A DNA stretch of 64,000 nt from an uncultured Pseudomonadota bacterium (GCA_964568625.1 CAZMQG010000002.1:9237-73236); one strand, 5' to 3'. Numbered from the stretch's first letter, positions 49,101 through 58,184 are shown. Numbers and translations are program-made. The notes: generated from the letters alone by a model not told the origin.

Positions 49101-50129
49101 AATTATGGTTGGGGAGAATTAAAAATATTTTCATTTAACGGTTCAAGCACGCCAACACAAGTTGGCATCGATGTAAATACTGGAGCTGAAGCTTTTTCAG
49201 TTTCGTGGTCACCTGATGGTAGATTTATTGCTGTGACTCATATGTCTTCAAAAATATTGCAAATATATTCATTTAATGGGTATAGCACTCCTGTACAGGT
49301 GGGTGGTAATGCAAGTACAAATGGCTGGGCACGTTCAGTGTCATGGTCGCCTGATGGTAAGTTTATTGCTGTTGTGAGTCGTAGTACCAGTGTTTTACAA
49401 ATATTTTCGTTTGATGGATTTAGTACGCCAGTTCAAGTTGGAGGTAATGCTCCAACTGGTTGGTTGCCAGTTTCAGTTTCGTGGTCGCCGGATGGAAGAT
49501 TTATTGCTTTAGCCAGTTATGGAAATAGCATATTGCAAGTATTCTCGTTTAATGGTTTAAGTACTCCTGTTCAGATTGGTAACAATGTAGGTACTGGGAC
49601 TTATCCAAGCTCAGTGTGTTGGTCACCTGATGGAAGGTTTATAGCTACAGTTAGCGCAGAGGAAGATATATTAAAAGTGTTTTCATTTAATGGGACAAGT
49701 ACTCCAAATAGATTGGGGGATGGGGCTTATACAGATAGTGGTCCTAGTTCGTTATCATGGTCACCAGATGGTAGATTTATTACTGTGGTTAATGCAACTG
49801 CAAATACGTTACAAGTTTTTTCATTTGATGGGGTTTATAATCCAACACAAATTGGTAGTAGTATAAGCCTTGGGGGAATTGGATGGAGTGTTGATTGGTC
49901 CAAGGATGGGGAATTTATAGCCGCTACATATGAAGGTATATTTCCAGATACATCTGCATTAAAAGTGTTCAAGCTAAATTATGGTGTTGATGCATCAGGC
50001 CAAGCAATTTCAAACGGTGTAGTATTTGGTAATTCAAAGCTTGGGTTAAATTATGATGCAACAGTTAAACTTTTGGCAGGAAGTAATGTTATGGTAGATG
50101 GTTTGGTAAATTACGATTGTGTTGTTTAA
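46137..50129 (+). CDS. Secreted scaffold plus WD40-like propeller protein, 21 blades (array member 5)
   Basis: Start moved to ATG 46137; 21 counted repeats; ends NYDCVV. Confidence 0.85.
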   Translation: MRFRFFLFWIIFSVTTFVEGIFAASIDGTTSVKYLTTNQVFGNNQYARGFVSFNSGATILNNATAFFNVKMPFSGGLDLRGTGTLSLEGDLHLDSNFTLSPSGGVIRGNGKTIFMNGNLTVPDNSIIHINSDTIIDGQGKDLIFGRRGRIFVDTNITLTLRNMKIIQSYNDFSDPCMRLAAFQSKLALDNTELALSQDFLFSQGQLFIHGDVAVTGTSAFIYESTQHTFIAPDSTFYFDIGTTFSVTPATFTDCKFDQWPTTTTNNFILMTDETSKIHFNEASLFATSTGCGFTKGAVNFENQCFIKSNQSLDLPTTHIGNAIGEIATEFSPSCVAWSPDGNFLAVVNKNSDSLQIFDSVTLAQIGSSAATGSGSAPVSVSWSNTSTQLAVANSGDNTLKVFNFNGSVTPTLSVSTATEISPSCCSWSSYGKFIAVTNSGSDTLQIFKSDTLAQIGSNATTGDAPSSVSWAPGDGYLAVVNFISNTLQIFSFDYFNTPTLIASHVTGFSPSSVSWSKMGAFIALVNKSSNTLQMFSFDVNKTLALINTFPTNNEPSCVSWTLDGKYVFVVNYTSNTLQLFSLYDLTSTGYLGGIGTGTEPVSVSWAPLSDFVAVANKTSGTIQIFSVNGSGTPTLTGSVAAGTNPTSVSWSPVSNYVAVVNDTSPGTLQVFSVIAGVPALTGSISTGTNPQSVSWDPTGNFIAVVNGASGILEVFNFVAPGTLALAGSILIGVGTSPRSVDWSAVGNFIAVVNSATSKLNVFHFDGSSTITKIGGDASTDSSPYSVSWSPDGSFIAVVSYDSGALQIFSFDGYSTPTQVGGNASIGELYAYSVSWSPDGRFIAVSYYWPDTLQVFSFNGSDTPTRQGGSATTGRMPASVSWSYDSEFIAVVNSSIPAGNSLQIFKLNSDGLATQINQGVATKNRPSSLSCSPAGTAAIVANTGSNMLQIFNIQYPDILTQIGSGASTGLSTQPVAMSWSPDGRFVASINYGWGELKIFSFNGSSTPTQVGIDVNTGAEAFSVSWSPDGRFIAVTHMSSKILQIYSFNGYSTPVQVGGNASTNGWARSVSWSPDGKFIAVVSRSTSVLQIFSFDGFSTPVQVGGNAPTGWLPVSVSWSPDGRFIALASYGNSILQVFSFNGLSTPVQIGNNVGTGTYPSSVCWSPDGRFIATVSAEEDILKVFSFNGTSTPNRLGDGAYTDSGPSSLSWSPDGRFITVVNATANTLQVFSFDGVYNPTQIGSSISLGGIGWSVDWSKDGEFIAATYEGIFPDTSALKVFKLNYGVDASGQAISNGVVFGNSKLGLNYDATVKLLAGSNVMVDGLVNYDCVV

Positions 50130-50168
50130 AATAAAAGGTGGGATATGTCTAATTATAGGAGATTTTTG

Positions 50169-53100
50169 ATGAAAATATCCAAGTTAATAGCAATGTGTGG
50201 TTGCTTTTTTGCATTGGAGAATGCTAATGCGACGTTAAGCTTTTCGAACGATTTGTCTAAGTTTATACTACTTAATGATGCTTCAGAAATTCGAATAAAA
50301 AGCACAGGAATTTATGATAATCAGGATCTTGGAATAACGAATAATTTAAATAAAATTGATTTAGTGAATTCAACTAACAATGTCATAATCATGGATAGTA
50401 ACTTTGAACTTGCAGAAGGTTTTTTATCTAGCGAGACGTGCACCGTTCAGGGTAATGGATATTCAATGATTATGAATGGTGATTTAACAATTCCTGAAAT
50501 GACTACTCTAAAAATTACATCAAGTTTGTTAATAGAAGGCAATGGCCACACGCTATTTATTGATAACTTTGCTCAGATTTTAACAGATACACATGCAACG
50601 TTGACGTTAAGAAATTTGATTCTTAGAAATTCTACAAATACGTCTGAACGGCCGGCAATTGAGGCAAATGGTTCTGATTCTAGAATTACGTTTGATGGTG
50701 TAGAGATTAAATTTAATGATGATTTTTGGTTTAAGCGTGGAAGTCTATTTTTTAACAACAATGTTTTATATTCAGGGGGTTCAAAATTTCTTTATGGTTC
50801 TGCTCAGCCAAGTTACATTATGCCAAATAGTACCCTATTATTTGATAAGGGTACGACCTTCTTTTATAACCCTTCAACTACAAGTAATGAGTTAATTGTA
50901 CAACAGGATCCGACTTCTACGATTTATTTTGATGGAGCAACTCTTCAAACGACTCCAACCGGTCTAAGTTTGGTAAATGGTCAAATGTTTTTTGAAAACC
51001 AAATTAATTTTGATGTTGGAACGGAGTTTAACACGAGTGTATTCAGATTAAATCAAGTCGCTAGTAGTTTAGTTTTGCGTTCTTTGGATTGGGATTTTAG
51101 CGGACAATATTTGGCTGTTGCCGGACAAACAATTGGATTAAATACTAATCAAATAAAAATATATCAATTGAACTCAACAAATTTATCTCAACTGGATGCA
51201 GTGACATATGGGCCACTGTCTTCTTCTGTAAATTCAGCGGTTTGGAGTTCAGATGGGCAATATTTAGCTGTTGGCGGTTCTGGGGCAGGTATTGCAGGTG
51301 GATTTAGTAATAATGATAGTTTAAGAATTTATTATTTAAATCCGGCCACACTTACTTTAAATCCTGTTGCAAGTGTTGATTTTGGAAGTACCTCAACAAT
51401 CAAAACAATTGATTGGGGTGGCCTTGATAATCGTTATCTTGCGATTGGTGGAACAGGAGCTCTTCCTGTTGGTGGATTCGGCAATAATGATAATTTAAGA
51501 ATTTATTATTTTGATGCATTTCAAAATAAATTGAATCCTGTTACAAGTTACAATTTTGGCTCTAGCGTAAATTCAGCACAATGGGATTTTAGTGGATCCT
51601 ATTTGGCTGTGGGTGGATTTCAAACATCAGGAAGTTGTAGGTTGAATCTTTTTACTTTCAATCCTGTTACTAATTCTTTGAATTTGTTTGATAATAAAAA
51701 TTTTGGAGTAACTAGTGATACTTCTATTAATTCTATTGCTTGGACTAGCGAAAGCCAGTTTTTGGCTGTAGGAGGCGGAAGTTACAGCAACGCTATGACA
51801 TCTACTCAAAATTTGATTATATATCAATTTAATCCATCCAATCCTATACCCCTTTCATTTTTAACCTCTGCAAATTCGGTAGAAACCACAAGTACCAGTT
51901 ACATTCAAATTCAAAATTTGAAATGGAGCTCAAACAATCAACTATTGCTTTCCAGTGGTTTAAACCCGGTATCAGGAAATTGGTCTAGCGATATATATGT
52001 TTTTGACTCAAGTTCCAATATAAAGTTAAGTGAATTAAAACAAATGAGTCACGCAAGTGCGTTAGTGCAGTATGCTGCTGCGTGGAATCCTAATACAAAT
52101 TTGTTTGTTACAAGTTCAGACAATTTTATAAATGTTAATTCTTTGGTAGGTTTAAGCCCTAAGCTTGTTTCTAATAAAGATTACACAAATTATTATTCTA
52201 CATTATCCACTGGAACAGATGGTGTTTACTCTATTGATTGGCACCCAGGAGGAGACTACTTGGCAGTTGTGGGGCAAAGTGCTGGAGCTGTTGGTGGTTT
52301 TAGCAATTCAGATGAAATAAGAATTTATCGTTTTGGTGGAGGAACTGAGTCTTTGCATGCTGCTACAAGCCGTCGTTATGGACAAAGGGTTTGTGCTGCA
52401 TCTTGGCGCCCTGACGGGGATTATTTGGCTGTTGGCGGTATTAATCCTACTTACGCAGCCGGTGGATTTAATAATACTGACCAGGTTAGAGTATATAAAT
52501 TTGTAAATAATTCTCTGTCCCCAGAAATAAGTGTCTCTTTAGGATCAAGTTCTGCAGAACTTTACAGTATGGCATGGCACCCAAGTGGAAGATATCTGGC
52601 TTTAGGTTGCTATAATTCAGAGGCCGTTGGGGGATTTCTTGCCGGAGTGAATTTAAGAATTTATTCATTTGATGGAACAATATTAACCCCAATTGTAGGT
52701 TATAATTTTGGTTCTGCCACTCGTACGCCCGCGGGAATGCATTGGAGCCCTGATGGCAAATATTTGGCTGTTGGAACATGTGATGGGCGCCCAACTTCAG
52801 AGCCTGCAACCGGTAACGGGTTGAGAATATTTGAATTTCAAAACGATAACAGCCTGGTTTCAAGAGCAACCTGGAATACATCAGGGGCTGTGTTGAGCGT
52901 AAATTGGGAATTTGACAACAGATATATTGCCGTAACATACAATAATACAACGTTTAAGATTCTTTATTTTACCGGTAGCTCGGTTCAAGAGGTGAAATCG
53001 TGGGGCGATGCCAACTTCAAAAATACGGATGTAAAATTTAGTCCCGATGGTAAGAAGATAGCTTATACTGCAAAAAATGGTGCTTCAAATAATTTTGGGT

Positions 53101-53393
53101 ATCTTTCTATTGATGATAGTGCTCTTAAAAATGAGAGTTTTAATTTTCAGAAAATATCCGGAATTTTTAATCTCTGGTCCTCAGCTTGGCGTCCTGACAG
53201 TAAATATTTGGCAGTAGGTGCTTATAATGTTGGTGAGGGTGCGCAGCAGATATCAGTGTTTAAAGTTGAAAATTTAATAAACATAAACAGAGAAAGCGCC
53301 GAAGGTCTTAGCATTGGTAATTTAGTTGATGCTAACGTACTTGGAAATGGGTTAATAATAGTTAATGGAGTGATGGAGTATGCGGCAGAGTAA
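50169..53393 (+). CDS. Divergent secreted scaffold plus propeller protein, 14 blades (array member 6)
   Basis: ATG 50169 after AGGAG; scaffold motifs VQGNGY, TLTLRN, IYFDGATLQTTPTG; 14 counted WxxDGxYLAVG-type repeats; ends GVMEYAAE. Confidence 0.8.
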   Translation: MKISKLIAMCGCFFALENANATLSFSNDLSKFILLNDASEIRIKSTGIYDNQDLGITNNLNKIDLVNSTNNVIIMDSNFELAEGFLSSETCTVQGNGYSMIMNGDLTIPEMTTLKITSSLLIEGNGHTLFIDNFAQILTDTHATLTLRNLILRNSTNTSERPAIEANGSDSRITFDGVEIKFNDDFWFKRGSLFFNNNVLYSGGSKFLYGSAQPSYIMPNSTLLFDKGTTFFYNPSTTSNELIVQQDPTSTIYFDGATLQTTPTGLSLVNGQMFFENQINFDVGTEFNTSVFRLNQVASSLVLRSLDWDFSGQYLAVAGQTIGLNTNQIKIYQLNSTNLSQLDAVTYGPLSSSVNSAVWSSDGQYLAVGGSGAGIAGGFSNNDSLRIYYLNPATLTLNPVASVDFGSTSTIKTIDWGGLDNRYLAIGGTGALPVGGFGNNDNLRIYYFDAFQNKLNPVTSYNFGSSVNSAQWDFSGSYLAVGGFQTSGSCRLNLFTFNPVTNSLNLFDNKNFGVTSDTSINSIAWTSESQFLAVGGGSYSNAMTSTQNLIIYQFNPSNPIPLSFLTSANSVETTSTSYIQIQNLKWSSNNQLLLSSGLNPVSGNWSSDIYVFDSSSNIKLSELKQMSHASALVQYAAAWNPNTNLFVTSSDNFINVNSLVGLSPKLVSNKDYTNYYSTLSTGTDGVYSIDWHPGGDYLAVVGQSAGAVGGFSNSDEIRIYRFGGGTESLHAATSRRYGQRVCAASWRPDGDYLAVGGINPTYAAGGFNNTDQVRVYKFVNNSLSPEISVSLGSSSAELYSMAWHPSGRYLALGCYNSEAVGGFLAGVNLRIYSFDGTILTPIVGYNFGSATRTPAGMHWSPDGKYLAVGTCDGRPTSEPATGNGLRIFEFQNDNSLVSRATWNTSGAVLSVNWEFDNRYIAVTYNNTTFKILYFTGSSVQEVKSWGDANFKNTDVKFSPDGKKIAYTAKNGASNNFGYLSIDDSALKNESFNFQKISGIFNLWSSAWRPDSKYLAVGAYNVGEGAQQISVFKVENLININRESAEGLSIGNLVDANVLGNGLIIVNGVMEYAAE

Positions 53394-53397
53394 GTTT

Positions 53398-53583
53398 CTA
53401 GCTTATTCCGGGCATATCGCCTGAAGGAAATATAGAATCAAAATCGAAATCAGGGGCCTCTTCGTCTTCGTCTATGAATACGAAGGTGGCCCCATAACTT
53501 GAGCTGTAAATTTCATCGTATTCGCTGTCATATGAAAAATGATAAAAGATTCTATTGTTAGTGTTTTGTGTGTTTATTTCCAC
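53398..53583 (-). CDS. Possible small acidic/aromatic protein
   Basis: GTG start with GGGGA 6 nt upstream; 61 aa with 14 D/E and no K; overlaps a strong hairpin, so coding status is uncertain. Confidence 0.4.
   Translation of the reverse strand: MEINTQNTNNRIFYHFSYDSEYDEIYSSSYGATFVFIDEDEEAPDFDFDSIFPSGDMPGIS
53453..53493. other. Strong GC-rich hairpin downstream of the array
   Basis: ggggcc-tcttcgt...acgaagg-t-ggcccc: 13-bp stem with one G-U and a 1-nt bulge; shares acgaaggtgg with the 28987 hairpin. Confidence 0.55.
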
Positions 53584-53794
53584 TTAAGTTCCCCAAAATT
53601 TGCTTTTGCCGTCGCCTTTCCCCCCTATGCAGATAAGAAATATATCGATAAAATAAGGGAAATCAATGTTTAAAGTAAAAAATATTTAATAAGTTCAGCT
53701 TGAATATTCAGCGTGTTTAATGTGATTTAAAGCTGTAAGTTTGTGTATTTTTTATAATTTTTGTAAAAAATTTTATTAAATTGGTTGTCAAATC

Positions 53795-54589
53795 ATGAAA
53801 AATATAATAGTAATTCCAGCCAGATTTGGGTCATCTCGTCTTCCCGGCAAGCCTCTAGCCCAAATTAATGGGCATAGCTTACTTTATCGTGTGTGGATGC
53901 TTGCAAAAAGGGCACAAAATATCGATGAAGTTTTTATTGCGACTGATGATCAGAGAATTCAAAAACATGCGCAGGATTTTGGAGCACAAGTTTTAATGAC
54001 CGATCCAAATTATCCAACTGGTACGGATCGAATTTATGGTGCGGTTGAACAGTTATCTCAAAAACCTGAAATAATAATAAATATGCAAGGTGATGCTGTT
54101 TTGACTCCGCCATGGATTATTCAAAGTTTGATTGATGCGCTTGTTAATGATTCAAATGTGAAAATGGCTACGCTGGCTAATCAATTGAGCTGGCCGCAGT
54201 ATGATGAGCTTGTTAAGTCGAAGGCTAACAGCAAGAGCAGTGGGACAACTGTTACTTTTGATAAAAATAACGATGCCCTATATTTTTCCAAAAACATAAT
54301 TCCATACGTAAGAAACAGAAATGATCAAGATTTAATGTCCCCAGTATTCAAACACATTGGAATGTATGGGTATCGCTATGATGCTCTTAAAAAATTTGTT
54401 AACTTACCGCAATCTCCACTAGAAAAAGTAGAAAGTTTAGAGCAGCTTAGAATGCTTGAAAACGGTATTAAAATAAAAGTTGCCATCGTGGATGCAAAAG
54501 GTCGCACCATGTGGAGCGTTGACAGCCCTGAGGATGTAAAAAAAGTTGAAGAAATTATAGAGCGAGAGGGGGAATTACTTCCCCTTTAA
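53795..54589 (+). CDS. kdsB: 3-deoxy-manno-octulosonate cytidylyltransferase (CMP-Kdo synthetase)
   Basis: IPARFGSSRLPGKPL, VFIATDD, TGTDRI, NMQGD, ALYFSK, HIGMYGY, ESLEQLRMLENG. Confidence 0.93.
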   Translation: MKNIIVIPARFGSSRLPGKPLAQINGHSLLYRVWMLAKRAQNIDEVFIATDDQRIQKHAQDFGAQVLMTDPNYPTGTDRIYGAVEQLSQKPEIIINMQGDAVLTPPWIIQSLIDALVNDSNVKMATLANQLSWPQYDELVKSKANSKSSGTTVTFDKNNDALYFSKNIIPYVRNRNDQDLMSPVFKHIGMYGYRYDALKKFVNLPQSPLEKVESLEQLRMLENGIKIKVAIVDAKGRTMWSVDSPEDVKKVEEIIEREGELLPL

Positions 54590-55279
54590 ATTTGAAACTT
54601 CTTGGGCTGTTAAATGACGCCATTTTCCAACCTCCAAATCTTTTGTGGTCAAGCCGGCATAGAAAAAGCGATTGAGTTTTAAAACATTATACCCAAAATG
54701 TTCAAACATTCTTCTGACGATGCGATTCTTTCCGCTGTGTATCTCGACAACAACCTTACAGGATGGTTTGTTGTGATTGTAATGTACTGCATCAGGTTTT
54801 ATAAAGCCATCATCAAGGTTTATTCCGGCTGCAAGTTGCTTCAGGTCATTTATTTGGAATAACTTATCAAGTTTGACTAGGTATTTTTTTGTAAATTCGT
54901 AACTGGGATGAGTGAGCTTTTTTGTAAGTTCCCCATCATTAGTTAGGATTAAAAGACCTGTAGTCATGCGGTCAAGTCTTCCTACGGGATAGATTCGTGC
55001 GCTAGATTTAAAATTAATTACATCAAGTACGGTACGTCTTGAGTTTTCATCAGATGCTGTTGTTATGCAATCTTCCGGTTTGTTTAAAAGAATATAAATA
55101 AATTTTTTAATTTGTTGGACGATTTGTCCTTCAAAATGGACTTCATCGTTTGGTTTTACTACATAAAACGGTTCACGGACAACTTTGTCATTAATTGTAA
55201 CCATGCCTGATTTTATCGCATCAGAAGCCTTACGTCGTGAGCAAACACCGCTTGTGGACAAAAATTTGGATAAATACAC
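54575..55279 (-). CDS. RsuA/RluB-family rRNA pseudouridine synthase with S4 domain
   Basis: SGVCSRRKA S4 start, LLNKP, YPVGRLDRMTTGLLILTNDGEL catalytic motif, GKNRIVRRMF. Confidence 0.92.
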   Translation of the reverse strand: MYLSKFLSTSGVCSRRKASDAIKSGMVTINDKVVREPFYVVKPNDEVHFEGQIVQQIKKFIYILLNKPEDCITTASDENSRRTVLDVINFKSSARIYPVGRLDRMTTGLLILTNDGELTKKLTHPSYEFTKKYLVKLDKLFQINDLKQLAAGINLDDGFIKPDAVHYNHNKPSCKVVVEIHSGKNRIVRRMFEHFGYNVLKLNRFFYAGLTTKDLEVGKWRHLTAQEVSNLKGK

Positions 55280-55369
55280 TTTATAAACCCCGCTAAATCT
55301 GCTAATTTAAAAAAACATTGTATATGGAATCTAACAAATTTAATAAAAAATGTACAAAGGGTAGATTTT

Positions 55370-56002
55370 ATGCTGCTAATTCTTGCTCGCCATGGTAATA
55401 CTTTTAATAAAGGTGAAAAAACATATCGAGTTGGGAATTCTAATGACCTACCGCTAGTTGAAAAGGGTTTGGCTCAGGCTCAAACATTTGCAAAAGCGTT
55501 GCTTGAAAAGAATATTAAACCTGTTGCTGTTTATTGCGGTCCTCTACAAAGAACTAGACAATTTGCTGAAATTATTGTGTCCGGACTTAATTTAAATGAG
55601 CAGCCAATAGTTGATGAGCGATTAAATGAACTTAATTATGGGCTTTGGGCAGGACTTGATGATGAGACTATCAGGGAAAAAGTAGGATTGGATTTTGATG
55701 GCTGGGAAAAGTATGGAAAATGGCCACAAAATTCAAAATGGCCTGAAGCGGAGAATGAGGTTGTTCGGCAGGTTAGATCATTTGCTAAAAATTTAGCAGA
55801 AAAATATAATCCGGAAGATGTTGTTCTTGCCGTTAGTAGCAGTGGCAAATTGAGATATTTTTTAAAGTTAATTGAAAATGAATTCGAAGACAGAATCAAA
55901 TCTGGAAATATAAAAGTTGGTACGGGGAACGCGTGTGTTATTGCATATGACCGATCTAAATTTGAGCTTATTGCGTGGAATATAAACGTTGAAGAGTTGT
56001 GA
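55370..56002 (+). CDS. Histidine phosphatase family protein
   Basis: LARHGNT, GPLQRTRQ, RLNELNYGLWAG; the usual second His (VxxHG) reads VSSSG. Confidence 0.85.
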   Translation: MLLILARHGNTFNKGEKTYRVGNSNDLPLVEKGLAQAQTFAKALLEKNIKPVAVYCGPLQRTRQFAEIIVSGLNLNEQPIVDERLNELNYGLWAGLDDETIREKVGLDFDGWEKYGKWPQNSKWPEAENEVVRQVRSFAKNLAEKYNPEDVVLAVSSSGKLRYFLKLIENEFEDRIKSGNIKVGTGNACVIAYDRSKFELIAWNINVEEL

Positions 56003-56616
56003 TGTTTATTAAAAATATTAGAAGTAAGATTTTATATTTTTTTAGTATAAGTTTATTTGTGTTGGGAACTGGGTGGTTTTGGCTGCATAAAAACAGTAAG
56101 CCAAAAGAGGCATCTCCAAAAATTATTAAATCTGAAGTCAAGCCAAACGGGGGTCTGGAAGAAAATGCTGAAATTATAATTAAAGACCTTATTTTAAAAG
56201 AAGTTGAGAAACATAAAGGGCTGGAGTTTGTTATTAATGCAAGCGAGGGTAAAATTTTAAATTCTACAGATAAAATAGAATGTAAAAACATAACCTGCGT
56301 GCTGAATGATAATCATAAAAAAGTTGCAGATTTACGGGCTAATAATGCCGTGATACATAAAACAACTAAGAATGTGTTTCTTTCAGGAAATACCGTTGGG
56401 CATACTTGTGATATGACTATTTGTGGCCGCGATATTAGTTATGATTATTCCAGTCAAATGCTTACTACAAGAAAAGAAATAAGTTATACACATAAACTCT
56501 TCTCTCTAATTGCAAAAGAAAGCCGTGTAGATTTGAAAAATAATAAAATTATAATGAGCGGTGGAGTTAAGAGTGAATTTTTAAATGGTCCTGCATGCAA
56601 CGGCAATGCTAATTGA
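55999..56616 (+). CDS. lptC: LptC-like LPS export protein
   Basis: Single N-terminal TM helix, then beta-jellyroll-like strands (INASEG, VFLSGN, IIMSGGVKSEF); near kdsB and an LptA-like gene. Confidence 0.55.
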   Translation: MMFIKNIRSKILYFFSISLFVLGTGWFWLHKNSKPKEASPKIIKSEVKPNGGLEENAEIIIKDLILKEVEKHKGLEFVINASEGKILNSTDKIECKNITCVLNDNHKKVADLRANNAVIHKTTKNVFLSGNTVGHTCDMTICGRDISYDYSSQMLTTRKEISYTHKLFSLIAKESRVDLKNNKIIMSGGVKSEFLNGPACNGNAN

Positions 56617-57228
56617 TGCCGGCTGTAATATAGCGAGAGTTTGGGCTACGCTTTTGACCGTTGCCCCTGTTGTAAAAAGATCATCGATTATAACGATATT
56701 TTTATCTTTTATTGGATTATTAAATATAAAATTCTTCTTTATAGAAAATGCCGTTTCAACATTTTTTTGTCGCTGATTTGGACTTAATCTGGATTGGAAA
56801 ATTGTTCTATGTTTTCTTTTAACGATATTAATTATTGGGATATCAAGTTTTTTGCTCAATTGTTTTGCAATTAAATCGGCTTGGTTATAACCCCTCCACG
56901 CGAATCTGGACCAATGTAATGGAACCGGAATTAAAAAATCTGCTTTAATCGTTTCGAATGGAACAAAATCAATTATCAAATTTGCAAGTTGTTTGCATGC
57001 AAGAGTGTCATACGAAAATTTTTTTAAGATAAGAGATTTTACAGGATCATCATATGCGCATGCTGCGTAAATGGGTAGGATATATTTTTTTGTTGTTCGG
57101 AGAAAAACGGGTACGACCGGTTTTATTTTACTTTGGCATGCAAAACAAAAAGTTTGTTCTTGATCAATAATGGAAGAGCATGATTGGCAAAACGATGGAT
57201 AAATCAGCCGCAATAAACTGTTTAACAT
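56581..57228 (-). CDS. comF: ComF-family phosphoribosyltransferase-like protein
   Basis: CQSC...CFAC Zn finger, PVPLHWSRFAWRGYNQA, IIDDLFTTGAT. Confidence 0.9.
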   Translation of the reverse strand: MLNSLLRLIYPSFCQSCSSIIDQEQTFCFACQSKIKPVVPVFLRTTKKYILPIYAACAYDDPVKSLILKKFSYDTLACKQLANLIIDFVPFETIKADFLIPVPLHWSRFAWRGYNQADLIAKQLSKKLDIPIINIVKRKHRTIFQSRLSPNQRQKNVETAFSIKKNFIFNNPIKDKNIVIIDDLFTTGATVKSVAQTLAILQPASISIAVACRTI

Positions 57229-57335
57229 AATATCATAAAGTTAAAGTAAATTATTCTAAATTTTAACATTCAAATAGTAACATGACTAAGTTTTTATGCA
57301 ATAAATTAAATATAAAATTTTTTTAAAAAAATTAC

Positions 57336-57364
57336 TTGTGCTTGATAAAAATAAAGAGTAGTAT
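57336..57364 (+). promoter_or_regulatory. Possible sigma70 promoter for 57410
   Basis: TTGTGC-17 nt-TAGTAT about 45 bp upstream of the ATG; AT-rich context weakens the call. Confidence 0.3.
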
Positions 57365-57409
57365 CTGTCCGAAATAATTGTAAAAATATTACAAGAAAGG
57401 AAGATTCTC

Positions 57410-58030
57410 ATGAATAAAAATATTATGATTCTTTGTGCCATGTTACTTTCTTCATCTATGAATATCAAAGCAGTAGATTTTAGGGTTCAAATGCCGATTG
57501 AGTTTGTTATAAAAGCTCAAGATCCTGAAAATCCGCAGGCAGAATTTTTAAACGTAAAAACTGATTTCAAACCAGGCTTAAAATGGGTTATGTTACCGCA
57601 AGTTGCGGCAATGTTTGATCCTTCAAATCCAAGCGAGCCAGTAGTTCTTCTTGATGTAAAACGTACTATTCTTAAGATTATAGCCCAAAACCCTGAGCTT
57701 GTTCGTAATGCTGGAATTCAGCCCGAGGACTTTGCAAATGCCGGAATTTCCACAAGAGATTTACAGGTTCTAAGACATGAAGATATTAGACCTGAGGAGA
57801 TTAGTTTTTTAGCCCAATTGATGGTTGATTTTATTGATGGAGATGCATATGACGGATTGGCTTATATGCGTGATGGCGGATTGAACTTTATAAAAGGTGG
57901 AGCAGGTTTAGGTTTTGGTACTGCAATTTTGCTGAAAAAGGTAACTGTTGTTGTAGCCAAATTTTTAAAAAGCTGGTTTGATGATGTTACCGAGTCTGAA
58001 AAAGAGGCTCGTGCAAGTTTAAGAAATTAA
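57410..58030 (+). CDS. Secreted hypothetical protein
   Basis: AAGGAAG RBS, signal peptide ending NIKA, followed by its own terminator. Confidence 0.7.
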   Translation: MNKNIMILCAMLLSSSMNIKAVDFRVQMPIEFVIKAQDPENPQAEFLNVKTDFKPGLKWVMLPQVAAMFDPSNPSEPVVLLDVKRTILKIIAQNPELVRNAGIQPEDFANAGISTRDLQVLRHEDIRPEEISFLAQLMVDFIDGDAYDGLAYMRDGGLNFIKGGAGLGFGTAILLKKVTVVVAKFLKSWFDDVTESEKEARASLRN

Positions 58031-58060
58031 ATTTCATTATATAAAAAAACTTAATTTGTT

Positions 58061-58097
58061 AGGCGTTAGCGTCTTTTTTTGAGGCTAACGCTTTTTT
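58061..58097 (+). terminator. Rho-independent terminator
   Basis: gcgttagcgtc-T7-gaggctaacgc (11-bp stem, 1 mismatch) followed by a T tract, 30 bp after the stop. Confidence 0.75.
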
Positions 58098-58184
58098 ATT
58101 GGATTTTTAATAAAACCATGTATAGATTATAAAAATGTGTCGTTGTCTGTTTCCAAGTTTATAATTTAGGGGCATGTATTTTAA

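Noticed and set aside
29143-50129. CRISPR array or diversity-generating retroelement explaining the repeats
   Set aside because: The repeats are in-frame coding blades with no unique spacers; no cas or reverse transcriptase gene; no template/variable pair differing only at adenines was seen
29143-53393. Chlamydial Pmp-like autotransporters
   Set aside because: No GGA(I/L/V)/FxxN repeat pairs and no C-terminal barrel ending in Phe/Trp
54575-54589. 15-bp convergent overlap of kdsB and the pseudouridine synthase
   Set aside because: Short 3' overlaps are ordinary in compact genomes
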